Below, piece by piece: positions 29,677-41,415 of a DNA stretch of 64,000 nt; the first letter of the stretch is position 1; each line of letters starts with the position of its first letter. Origin of the DNA: an uncultured Gemmatimonadales bacterium (lineage in GTDB: Bacteria; Gemmatimonadota; Gemmatimonadetes; Gemmatimonadales; GWC2-71-9); NCBI GenBank assembly GCA_963789925.1, contig CAWBMQ010000006.1:231378-295377 (forward strand), given 5' to 3'. The position numbers and the translations under genes are program-made. The notes below the pieces were generated by a model that was not told the DNA's origin, ran no database searches, and saw only the letters and a list, made by a program, of their open reading frames with translations.

Positions 29677-30834
29677 CTAGCTGGGAGCCCGGGGTGAGAT
29701 GCGGAGAATCTCGCCATCGCTCGAGTCGACCAGAAGGTAGATGGCACCGTCGGGGCCCTGTCGGACGTCACGGATGCGGTGCTTGATCGCGTTGTCCTGG
29801 AATCGCTCCTCGGTGAAGCTGCCGTCGGGGCCGGGCTGCAGCCGTGAGAGGCCCTGCCACTTGAGCGCCCCGATGAAGAAGCTGCCCTTCCACTGGGGGA
29901 AGGCGTCGCCGGTGTAGTAGAGGAGCCCGGACGGCGCTATCGAGGGAACCCAGTAATAGTTGGGCTGCTCCATCCCCGGCTTCGTGGTGCCCTCGCCGAT
30001 CTTCGCCCCGGAGTAATCGATCCCCCAGGTGATCACCGGCCAGCCGTAGTTCTTCCCTGCCAGGTCGAGGTTGAGCTCATCGCCGCCCTGAGCGCCGTGC
30101 TCGATGGTCCACAACTGGCCCGTCTCCGGGTGCAGCGTTGCGCCTTGCATGTTGCGATGGCCGTACGACCAGATCTCCGGGAGCGCGCCCTTCTGCTTCA
30201 CGAAAGGATTGTCGGACGGGATGGTGCCGTCGCGATTGACCCGTACGACCTTGCCGAGCGTGTTGGTGAGGACCTGGGCACTGTCGCGGTACTGGAAACG
30301 CTCGCCAGTGGTGATGAACAGCGTGCCATCGCGCGCAAAGACCAGTCGCGATCCGAAGTGATTTCCGCCGCTCACCTTCGGCACCTGCCGCCAGATGACC
30401 TCGACATTTTCCAGCCCGTCATTGGTGAGCTTGCCGCGCGCCACCGCGGTGCCGGCGCCCCCGTTGCCGGCCTCTGAATAGGAGAGGTAGACGAGCTGGT
30501 TGGTGACGAACTCCGGGTCGATGGCGACATCGAGAAGGCCGCCCTGGCCGCCGGTCACGACGGCGGGGACACCGAGGATCGGCTGCGACACACCGCCGGT
30601 GGGAGATACGAGGCGCAGGCGGCCGGGACGCTCGGTGACGAGGGCACGGCCGTCGGGCAGGAAGGCGAGTCCCCAGGGCGCCTCGAGTCCCTTGGCGTAC
30701 ACGGCAATGTTCGCCGAGTCGAGGGAGCCGGTGGTGAACTGGGTCTTCTGCGCATCGGACCGCTGGCACGCAGCAACGCCGAAACCGAGAGTGAAGGCGA
30801 CGATGGCGATGCGGTGCAACTGGAGCCCTGACAT
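29677..30834 (-). CDS. PQQ-dependent soluble sugar (aldose) dehydrogenase, YliI/sGDH-like
   Basis: GLEAPWGLAFLPDGRALVTERPGRLRLV, GGLLDVAIDPEF, GNHFGSRLVFARDGTLF, WSYGHRNMQG, GKNYGWP. The likely start MSGLQLHR (30834) gives a lipoprotein-type signal ..GVAAC. Confidence 0.88.
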   Translation of the reverse strand: MSGLQLHRIAIVAFTLGFGVAACQRSDAQKTQFTTGSLDSANIAVYAKGLEAPWGLAFLPDGRALVTERPGRLRLVSPTGGVSQPILGVPAVVTGGQGGLLDVAIDPEFVTNQLVYLSYSEAGNGGAGTAVARGKLTNDGLENVEVIWRQVPKVSGGNHFGSRLVFARDGTLFITTGERFQYRDSAQVLTNTLGKVVRVNRDGTIPSDNPFVKQKGALPEIWSYGHRNMQGATLHPETGQLWTIEHGAQGGDELNLDLAGKNYGWPVITWGIDYSGAKIGEGTTKPGMEQPNYYWVPSIAPSGLLYYTGDAFPQWKGSFFIGALKWQGLSRLQPGPDGSFTEERFQDNAIKHRIRDVRQGPDGAIYLLVDSSDGEILRISPRAPS

Positions 30835-30936
30835 GCGGTGCGGTTCTCCCCTGAAGACGTGCTGCCTCATACCCGACTCAGTGTCATTCGATGCCGGTCA
30901 TGATCCAGAAGTTTGCGACTTCAATGAGCTGCATGT

Positions 30937-31314
30937 TCAGGCGTTCCGTGCGTGTGCCAGCGCGCCCCACGTGACCACGCCGGCCACGACAGCAGTGAGT
31001 ACCCCGGCCATGAGCCCGGCACTCCAGGGAGCCCCGCCCCACGCGACGGGTGCGACGGTGCCTGTCATCGTCAGCGCGAGGGACCACGCGATCAGTCCCG
31101 AACGCAACCAGGCGCGGCCGGTGAAGAGTGCCCCGAGCGACGCCACGGCAAGCGCCCCGTAGAGCACCTGCGATGCTGCGGCCCATCGCTGGAAGGTCGT
31201 TTCCGCATCCATGAAACCGTCGATCCCTTCCTTGAGCCCGAACCATACCGCAGCGAGCAGTACGGTGGTGACGAGGAAGAGGCGAATGCGGCGCATCGAG
31301 ACAATCTGCAGCAT
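30937..31314 (-). CDS. Hypothetical small membrane protein (4 predicted TM)
   Basis: 125-aa ORF made of hydrophobic helices (LFLVTTVLLAAVWF, VLYGALAVASLGALF, LIAWSLALTMTG, LMAGVLTAVVAGVV). No motif recognised. Confidence 0.5.
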   Translation of the reverse strand: MLQIVSMRRIRLFLVTTVLLAAVWFGLKEGIDGFMDAETTFQRWAAASQVLYGALAVASLGALFTGRAWLRSGLIAWSLALTMTGTVAPVAWGGAPWSAGLMAGVLTAVVAGVVTWGALAHARNA

Positions 31315-31335
31315 GGTGGCGTGCGGGCGACCTCC

Positions 31336-31810
31336 AGCTCAGTGGGCGTGGCCGAGGGCGCCCACCACGCGTCGATGTGGGGTACCATACGCCGTCCTTG
31401 CCCAGCTTCCAGATGACCAGGTACTTGTCGCTCCCGGCGGCGATCTTGCCGCTCTTGCCGGCGCATCGTATGTGGCCAACCCCAGTTCATAGGCATAGTT
31501 GCCATTCACGTCGAGCGACGTGGTCTTGAACTTCAGGTTCTTCACTCCTGCGCTCAGCAGCCCCCGAAAACCTTCTCAATGTTGGCGGCACCGGTCAACG
31601 GCTCGCTCTCCGGAGGGACGATCATGCGCGTCCGCATCATAGATCCTGGCGATTCCCTTCAGCGTCGCCCTTGGCGGCGTGCCGCTATCCACTCGGCGTT
31701 GCGGGCGTCGATCGCCTTGCGGACTGCGGCGGGATCATGCGCGCGGCGGGCGCCTGGGCCGAACCGACGGATGGGAGAGCGAGAAGGGCGAGCAGTAGCA
31801 TGCGGCGCAT
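31336..31810 (-). pseudogene. Decayed SnoaL-like/DUF4440 gene (at least 6 frame breaks)
   Basis: ATG 31810 gives signal peptide MRRMLLLALLALPSVGSAQA. The rest can only be read by hopping frames: DPAAVRKAIDARNAEWIAARRQG / IARIYDADAH / MIVPPESEPLTGAANIEKVFGG / LLSAGVKNLKFKTTSLDVNGNYAYELGLATYDAP / KSGKIAAGSDKYLVIWKLGKDGVW / HIDAWW. The 3' end is undefined. Confidence 0.7.
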
Positions 31811-31832
31811 CTCAGGCTCCGGAAAAGGAAAT

Positions 31833-31927
31833 GGGAAGAAGGGAACAGGGAACAGGGAACAGGGAACAGGGAACAGGGACTCCGGGAACAGGGAACAGGG
31901 AATCGGGAACAGGGAACAGGGAACAGG
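31833..31927 (+). repeat. Tandem heptamer array (GGGAACA)n, about 13 units
   Basis: GGGAACA x5 (31841-31875), GGGACTCC, GGGAACA x2, GGGAATC, GGGAACA x3. Lies in the divergent spacer between the genes starting at 31810 (-) and 32034 (+). Confidence 0.95.
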
Positions 31928-32033
31928 ACGAAGGTGCGGGAGGGTTCGCGTTCGTACAAGCCATCCACAGGAGCAGCTCGCAGATTGGGCGACATGACAT
32001 TCCTGCATTGACCTCACCCCAACCTCACGAACC

Positions 32034-32528
32034 ATGACTCAATACTCGAGGTACCTCGCGGTCGCACTTTCCCTCGCCTGCGGCTCCGCACCGCTCCTGG
32101 CGCTGCCCTCCAATAGCCTGCGCGCAGCGGACGGACTCGCATGGCTCGCCGGGTGCTGGCAGGGAGGAGGCGGCAGCCGGATGATCGAGGAACAGTGGAT
32201 GCGCCCGCGGAACACGGTCATGCTGGGCAGCGCGAGGACCTCGTCGGGCGACGCCGTGAAGGCGATCGAGTTCGTGGAACTGCGGCTCCGGGGAGACTCG
32301 GTGGACTACATCGTGGTGCCGACCGGTCAGCAACGCACGACTTTTCGGGGCAGCATGACGGGTGCGCGCGCGTTCATCGTGAGCAACCCGTCAAATGATT
32401 TCCCGACCAGTGTGGGTTACGAACTCCTGACCCGTGATTCTCTCAGCGCCTGGATCGAGGGAAGACAGGGAGCGGAGCTGCGGCGGATTCCATACGTGTA
32501 TCACCGTGTTTCGTGCGAGGAGCGCTAG
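32034..32528 (+). CDS. Hypothetical secreted protein (DUF6265-like pattern)
   Basis: 164 aa with signal peptide. LAWLAGCWQG...IEEQWMRP...AIEFVELRL.. resembles the LxWLxGxW...EExW signature of that family (from memory, unverified). Confidence 0.5.
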   Translation: MTQYSRYLAVALSLACGSAPLLALPSNSLRAADGLAWLAGCWQGGGGSRMIEEQWMRPRNTVMLGSARTSSGDAVKAIEFVELRLRGDSVDYIVVPTGQQRTTFRGSMTGARAFIVSNPSNDFPTSVGYELLTRDSLSAWIEGRQGAELRRIPYVYHRVSCEER

Positions 32529-33341
32529 CGAGTCGCGCCGTCGAGGAAGACGGTGGTGACGTCGTCGCTGCGGCCGAGCACAACTCCCGGCGCCTCGCCC
32601 GCAATGTCCTGACAGTCGCGAACGAAGTGCGCGTGGTCATAGTAGCCGCTGTCATGGGCCACGGCGCTCAGGGTGAGGCTCGGCCTGCGCCGCGCATGGG
32701 CCAGGGCACGCTGCAGGCGGGCGATGCGCGCGAGCGACTTGGGAGTGAGGCCCACCTGTTCCGAGAAAATCGCCTCCACCCGACGGGTGGCTGAGACCGA
32801 TGGCGGCTGCCAGGGACCGCACGGGCGGTGTGTCGGGTCCCCGCATGAGCCGGCCGGTAAGGCTGATGGCCGCACATGCAGGTGCCGCGAGCCCGCGCGC
32901 CCGGCGTTCGAGCGCTTCCACGATGAGCCGGAGCCGTTCGTCATGGTCGTCGGCGTTGCTCGCGTCACCAAGGATGCTGTCCGCCACCCACACGCCGTCG
33001 GCAGGGAGCATGCGGTCCCGCAGTTCACTCATAGGCATGCCGAGGAAAGCGCCGCCAGCCCACGGGTGAAGGCGCACGCCGATGATATCGAGCCGGCCGG
33101 TCGGGGTGATGCAGACCGATCCGGTGAGCTGTCCAGCAACGTGCCTCGCGGACTGGCGCTCATGGCCGGTGGCGGTGTGCCGCAGGACCGGGTCTCCGCT
33201 GTTGAGCAGCAGCTCGACCCGGCCGTCGGGCAGGATGGGATCGGCCGCCGCAGACGCCTCGTGCGCCTCCGCGCCCAGGCTCCAGATGCACTGGACGAAC
33301 TGCGCGGCCGCACCCCCCACCGCCCGCTCGGAGTACCTCAC
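32525..33341 (-). pseudogene. AraC-family transcriptional regulator, frame broken near 32795
   Basis: The N-domain is in ORF 32652..33341 (..CIWSLG..ILPDGRVELLLN..). The C-terminal HTH (RRVEAIFSEQVGLTPKSLARIARLQRAL...AVAHDSGYYDHAHFVRDCQDIAG) is in ORF 32525..33028. Confidence 0.8.
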
Positions 33342-33727
33342 CGCATTCCCTCCCGCTGCGCGATCAGTTCAAGCCCCTCGGCGAAACGAAGCCGATAGCC
33401 TGGAGGAAGCTCCACGACGTAGGAACGGAGGCCGTCATTGTCATTGATCGGCAGGATGATGGGCGCGCCCCGTTCCTGATGCTCGGCGTACAGCTCCTCG
33501 ACTCCACTCAGGAAGACGATCGCGGTGATACCGCGCGCACGCTCGGCCATTTCCGCATCGAGAAAGAAGATCAGCCCGGCGCCGTCACGCCTGACGGCGG
33601 CATCGGTTGGCGGCGTGCCCTCGGTCCACTGCCGCCGGAAGCCGAGCCTTTCCTCGCAGAAGGCGAGGGTAGCCTCGATGTCTGGTGAAGCCAGCACCGG
33701 CGCCACGTGGGAGAGCCTGATGGTCAC
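33338..33727 (-). CDS. VOC-family (glyoxalase/bleomycin-resistance fold) protein
   Basis: 129 aa. ..HVAPVLASPDIEATLAFCEERLGF.. and ..LRSYVVELPPGYRLRF.. are typical. 4-nt overlaps with both neighbours. Confidence 0.7.
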   Translation of the reverse strand: MTIRLSHVAPVLASPDIEATLAFCEERLGFRRQWTEGTPPTDAAVRRDGAGLIFFLDAEMAERARGITAIVFLSGVEELYAEHQERGAPIILPINDNDGLRSYVVELPPGYRLRFAEGLELIAQREGMR

Positions 33728-34458
33728 CGCAACTTCCTGCCGATAAAGATTTCGGAGAGGCCGGCCTCGACTTCGGAATGCTCGAGCGGGACGGCTGCTG
33801 CGTCAACGCCGGCCTCCGCCAGCAACCGCAGCCATGTGTCGCGCGGAAAGAGTCCCTCGACGTGCCGGTCATGCTTCGCGCGCACGGTGCCGTCGGCGTC
33901 GCGCAACATGAACGCGTAGTCGACGAAATAACTGGAATCGGAGGGGTCGGGATCCCAGGTCCACTCCAGGTACCTGGCGCTGCGCTGCACACCATCGTGC
34001 CCGCCGTGATCAGTCCCGGGACGGAAGGTTTCCCGCACATAGTCGGGAGCCATGAGCACGACGCCACCGGGACGGCAGTGTTCGGCAGCGGTGGCCATTG
34101 CGGCCCGCAGGTCGACCTCCGTGGTCATGTAGCACACCGCATCGTGAACGAACACGCAGTCGAAGGTGCGTCCGAGGCGGACGGCACGCATGTCGCCCTG
34201 CGAGTGCTCGAGTTCCGGGTTGAGTGCCCGGCTCACCGCGATCATGGGAGCGGACGGCTCGACCAATGTCATCTGGAACCGGGACTTGAGATGGGATGCA
34301 TTGTTGCCGCCGCCGCTCCCAAGCTCGAGCATGGTCTCACACGGGCCTTCGCAGCGCGCCAGGATGAGACGCGTATAGAAGGCGGCCTCTTCCGCATAAT
34401 CTTCAGGCGCCGAGATGAGCGGCCACCATGGAGCGAGTTCGTCATAGAGCGAGGGCAT
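33724..34458 (-). CDS. Class I SAM-dependent methyltransferase
   Basis: ATG 34458 gives MPSLYDELAPWWPLISAP.... Motif I is LELGSGGGNNA. Acidic post-I residue and FDCVFVHDAV. Confidence 0.8.
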   Translation of the reverse strand: MPSLYDELAPWWPLISAPEDYAEEAAFYTRLILARCEGPCETMLELGSGGGNNASHLKSRFQMTLVEPSAPMIAVSRALNPELEHSQGDMRAVRLGRTFDCVFVHDAVCYMTTEVDLRAAMATAAEHCRPGGVVLMAPDYVRETFRPGTDHGGHDGVQRSARYLEWTWDPDPSDSSYFVDYAFMLRDADGTVRAKHDRHVEGLFPRDTWLRLLAEAGVDAAAVPLEHSEVEAGLSEIFIGRKLR

Positions 34459-34511
34459 GTTGCTTTCAAGATATGGCCCCGAAGTCGGGGGCGCTGCATA
34501 CTTCGCGTCCC

Positions 34512-35460
34512 ATGAATTTTCGTGCCCTGGCCCTCGCGGCCTCCGCAGCAGCAGTTCCCCTGACAGCAGCAGCACAGCAGCCACTGAACCTCGATTTCGA
34601 GCGCGCCGCGGTGAACGGCAGCGGCGGAGCGTGGGGCTGGTCGCTCGGCTGGTCGGCGTTCCAGGGTGGATCGATCGCGACGTTTCTCCGAGACAGTGCA
34701 GTTGTTCACGGGGGACGGTACAGCCTCCGGATCACCGTGCCGGATTCTGAGGTGGCGCCGACGATCCAGACCATCCTCCTGCAGGTTCCGTCGGGTTTCG
34801 CGATTGGACATCGCCTGCAGCTGTCCGGATGGCTTCGTGCCGGCAGCGGTGTGCCTCCACCACATCTTCTGCTCACCCTCGAGGCATGGAAGAACGGTGA
34901 GTTCGCGGCAGCCGACACCGCGCGAGTGGCAGGGCCCGACATCGGGTCGCCGGAACGGTGGCAGCGAGTGGTCCTCGACATCAAGGTGCCGGATGATGCC
35001 ACGATTCATTCGATCGTGATCGGCGCGTCGCTCGATGGAACCGGCAGCGCCTGGTTCGACGACCTCTCGCTCTCGGTCGATGGCCGCCGGATCACCACGT
35101 TGCCGGTGGATCCGCCGCCACCGTCGGGGCGGGACCTCGCCTGGCTGGCGTCACGGTCGGCACCGCTGTTTCCCGACAGCGGACTCGCGGCTTTCGACAG
35201 CCTCGTGGGTTCCGCGACCATCGTGGGCCTGGGCGAGTCAACGCATGGCACGCACGAGTTCTTCGAGACGAAAGCGCGCCTGGTCGAGCACCTCGTGCGC
35301 ACGCAGGGAGTGCGTGTCTTCGTGATCGAGGCCAATCAGCTCGCAGCGGAGCGCATCAATCGCTTCGTGGCCGGTGGTGAGGGCAGCGCCCCGGACGTGA
35401 TGAAGGTGCTGTTCCGGGTGTGGAACACGGAGGAAGTGCTGCAGCTGGTGGCCCGCGCTC
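34512..35460 (+). pseudogene. Erythromycin-esterase-like protein with N-terminal jelly-roll-like domain, 3'-truncated
   Basis: ATG 34512 gives signal peptide MNFRALALAASAAAVPLTAAAQ. The esterase-family core starts at IVGLGESTHGTHEFFETKARLVEHLV..VFVIEAN..RVWNTEEVLQLV. Recognisable sequence stops at about 35455, which is only the first part of that domain. Confidence 0.6.
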
Positions 35461-35559
35461 AGGAGGGCAACAGGACACGGCGCCGTCGCCGTGCATACCT
35501 TGGTGGCTGGCGGCGGATGGATCGCGATCGGAATGCGCCGGTTCCGGCTGGAATCCTCC

Positions 35560-36397
35560 AGGACCCTTGTCTCCTGCGCGTCGAGCGATGCCAGCAGGTA
35601 GGGTCCTGCCGCCAGCGCGACCAGCGCCAGAAGCGCGGGATAGAATCGCTGGAGCATCGGACGGATGCTCAGCTGCCACGCCTTCCGGGCGCGCCACTTG
35701 AGCCGCCGAGCGGCCCGCCCGCTCGGGCGCGAGCATGGAGCTGAACATGCCGTTGTGGCTGCCCTGCTCGGCGATGGCAGGGTGCCGCCACCAGAGCTGC
35801 ATTTCACCGCTGCGGGCGAGCCGATTCTGGAAGTGATCGAACGGCTCCTCGAGGCGATCGGTATCGGCGCGGTGCAGCAAGCGCCCGGCAGCACCACGCG
35901 AAAGCCAGTAGGCGCGGCGGCGCGGCCATGATCGGCGCGCACGAGCGTCTCGCCGGCGGGTGGTGGCGTGAAGGTCTCGAGGCCGGTGTTCTCCAGCGAG
36001 ATATACCCGATGCCCGGTGTTGCATCGGGACGGTCGCCGTAACTCCGCGATGCTCCGGTTCAGCTGTTCCACGAAGTCGGAGGGCAGCACGACATCATCC
36101 TCGAGGACGAGGGCCGTGTCGTGCCCAGCCCGCACGATCCGTTCGCAGGCGGTGAGGTGCTTGAAGGAGCAGGAGGTGTCGGCGGTGGGCGTTGCCATCG
36201 GACCGCGGAACCAGCGCGCCATGACTTCAGGGGTGAGCTGGTCACGGTCGCCGTCGAGGACGTACTCGAAGTCGATGCCGAGTCGGCCGAGCTGGCGCTC
36301 GATGAAAACGGCGCGGTCCTCCGCGCCGTGCGGCCACATGGATTACATAGACGCGATCGACCTCGAGGACTGCCGCCGGGGAGGCGGCATCAGGCAT
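35560..36397 (-). pseudogene. Glycosyltransferase family 25 paralogue, at least 4 frame breaks, 3' end undefined
   Basis: ATG 36397 overlaps the PP2C stop (ATGCCTGA). VLEVDRVYVIHVA / HGAEDRAVFIERQLGRLGIDFEYVLDGD..ALVLEDDVVLPSDF.. / DATPGIGYISLENTGL.. / AYWLSR..EMQLWWRHPAIAEQGS.. / RRLKWRARKAWQLSIRP are collinear with the intact copy at 44595..45356 but spread over two frames. Confidence 0.75.
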
Positions 36398-37295
36398 TGA
36401 GGATGGAGGTCCCGGGTTCGGGTATGGCTCGCCCGACCACGACGGTCACGTTGTCGGTGCCGCCGTCGTCGAGGGCTTCCTGCAGCAGCGTCTCACAGGC
36501 CTGCTTCGCCGTGGTGATCGTGGTGAGGACCTCGCGAATGCGGTCGTCGGAGACGTGCCGGGTGACCCCGTCGCTGCAGAGCAGGTGCACGTTATTCCAC
36601 TCGGCGGGAATCCGGCTGACGATCGGCATCGAGCTCTGGCCGCCGATGGCGCTGGAGAGCACGTGCGACAGCCTGGAGTTGGAGGCCTCGGCTGGAGCCA
36701 TGACCCCCAGGTCCATGAGCTCCTGCGCCATGGTCTGGTCGCGAGTGACCTGGGTGAGCTCCCCTTCGCGCAGCCGGTAGCAGCGGGAATCGCCCACCTG
36801 GAGGAGGTAGATCCAGGGCCACGCACCGAGGAAGAGCGTCAGTGTGGTGGCCATGCTGCGGATCGTCTGTTCCTCGGCGTGCCGGCAGACGCTCTCGTGG
36901 CACTGGCGGGCGGCCTGTTCCAGCACCTCGGCGAGCGAGATTTCGCTGGTGCCCTGCGCCCCGTAGTAGCAGCGCATCGCCTCACTCACATAGTTGGAGA
37001 CGGACTCGACCGCGAGACGACTGGCGGCCTCACCATGCTCGGTGCCACCCACGCCATCGGCCACCATCATGATGAAGGCGAGCCGTTCCTCGCCGGAAAT
37101 GTTGTCGTCGCCCGGGGCCAGGCTGCTGTACTTGACGTCGATGCGCTTATGGAGGGTGGCTACGAGGAAATTGTCCTGATTGGTCTTCCGGACCTTGCCC
37201 TGATGGGTAAGGCCGTAGACGTCAATCTCGGTGTCGAGGGGCTTGCGCATCATGCCCCCTGCCGTGGTCGCGGGTTCGTGGTCAATGCTCGTCAT
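36390..37295 (-). CDS. PP2C-family (PPM) Ser/Thr protein phosphatase
   Basis: 301 aa. GLTHQGKVRKTNQDNF, MVADGVGG, LLCSDGV, GGTDNVTVVV. Confidence 0.9.
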   Translation of the reverse strand: MTSIDHEPATTAGGMMRKPLDTEIDVYGLTHQGKVRKTNQDNFLVATLHKRIDVKYSSLAPGDDNISGEERLAFIMMVADGVGGTEHGEAASRLAVESVSNYVSEAMRCYYGAQGTSEISLAEVLEQAARQCHESVCRHAEEQTIRSMATTLTLFLGAWPWIYLLQVGDSRCYRLREGELTQVTRDQTMAQELMDLGVMAPAEASNSRLSHVLSSAIGGQSSMPIVSRIPAEWNNVHLLCSDGVTRHVSDDRIREVLTTITTAKQACETLLQEALDDGGTDNVTVVVGRAIPEPGTSILNA

Positions 37296-37337
37296 GGGCC
37301 CATCCTCCCTTTTCCATCTTACCCCGGTTCCGGCCGG

Positions 37338-37446
37338 AGGGTGAGGGGCGAGCGGGGAAACGGGCGGGAAAACAGAAGAGGGAATAGGGAAAAGGGAAGA
37401 GGGAAGGGAGGAAGGAATGATGAAGGAAGGAGGGCGTTGCGGGGGC
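37338..37446 (+). repeat. Purine-rich G-tract repeat block in the PP2C/kinase divergent spacer
   Basis: Sequence is gggtgaggggcgagcggggaaacgggcgggaaaacagaagagggaatagggaaaagggaagagggaagggaggaaggaatgatgaaggaaggagggcgttgcggggg. A C-rich mirror stretch lies at 37296-37330. Confidence 0.85.
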
Positions 37447-37572
37447 GCGGCCTTTGCATGTTATTTCACGGTCCAGTAGAGCTACTCCCCAGCTCCCGGA
37501 AACATCCTGAAAACCAGCGAACGTTCCTGCCCGGCCTGCAGTACGCCACTGCCGCTCGAAGCGCAGTTCTGC

Positions 37573-40360
<2,788 letters not shown>

Positions 40361-40392
40361 TTGTGCCACGTTCTTTCCAGGGGGTTCTTCCA

Positions 40393-41413
40393 ATGCTCGA
40401 GCGGTCTGGTTCACGGTTCCTTCCGGCGCGCGCGCTGGCGGCGTCGGCCCTGATTCTTCGTTGCCGGGCTCGGCGCCTGCGGGAAGGGCGACGCCGGGAA
40501 GGGTGCTGCGGACAGCACTGCTGCAAAGACCGCGGCTGCCAAGCCGAAGACGGTCGCCATCATCCGTGCGGCCGACTGGATCGGGAGTGAATGGAGTGAG
40601 GACGCGCTCAAGGTGGGCCTGCAGGAAGCGGGGCTCGAGCCGGACCGCGACTTCGTGTTCACCATCTCCAGCGCCCAGGGTGACCTCGCCACGCTGCCGA
40701 GCCTCATCGACGCAGCGCTCGATGCCAAGGCGGATGTCATCGTGGCACTGCAGGACGAGACGCTGAAGGCGGCGGTGGAGCGGGTGAAGAACACCCCGGT
40801 GGTGTTCAACGTCCTCTCCGATCCCTTCGCGGCCGGGGCCGGCACCAGCGACTCCTCGCACCTCCCGAACATCACCGGCGTCTATTCGCCGGGCCTGGGC
40901 GACCCGGAGCAGCGCGCGCGCGTGGCACTGATCCAGAAGGTGGCCCCGAACGCCAAGCGCATCGGCGTGCTGTTCAGCCCGCTGGAGCCGCTGGCGGTGA
41001 GCATGAAGGACAAGATGACGGCGGCGGCGAAGGCGGCAGGGCTTACGGTGGTGGCGGTGCCGATCAGCAGCCCGACCGAGGGCGCGGAGGCGACGACGGC
41101 GCTGATCGGCAAGAAGGTCGGCGCGATCGAGATCTACGGCAACTCGGCGCACGCGGCGTTCGAGAGCATCATCAAGGTGGCGAAGGAGAACAAGGTCCCG
41201 GTGTTCTCGCCCTCGCCGTTCGAGGTGGTGAAGGGCGCCACGGCAGCGTTCTTCCCCGACTTCCAGCAGGGCGGCGTGGTGGCCGGCGGGATGGTCGCCA
41301 AGGCGCTCAAGGGTGAGAGCCTCGCCGCGGTGCCGTTCTACAGGCTGGTAGTGACCAAAACGTCCATCGCGGGTGAAACGCCCGCCGCTGCGGCGCCGGC
41401 GCCAACTCAGTAA
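40393..41413 (+). pseudogene. ABC transporter substrate-binding lipoprotein (COG2984 / ABC_sub_bind type), frame break in the signal peptide
   Basis: ATG 40393 gives MLERSGSRFLPARALAASALIL. After a 1-nt shift near 40458 the lipobox VAGLGAC-GKG and the mature protein follow (..TVAIIRAADWIGSEW.., ORF 40613..41413: NITGVYSP, RIGVLFSPLEP). Confidence 0.75.
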
Positions 41414-41415
41414 CG

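Noticed and set aside
31833-31927. CRISPR array.
   Set aside because: The period is 7 nt with no spacers, and no cas genes are in the window. This is a simple tandem repeat.
31579-32037. ORFs translating the heptamer array as GNREQGTGNREQ... (plus strand), and their minus-strand counterparts.
   Set aside because: The apparent peptide repeat is only the translation of a 7-nt DNA repeat, read in all three frames in turn. There is no start context, and no coding periodicity other than the repeat itself.
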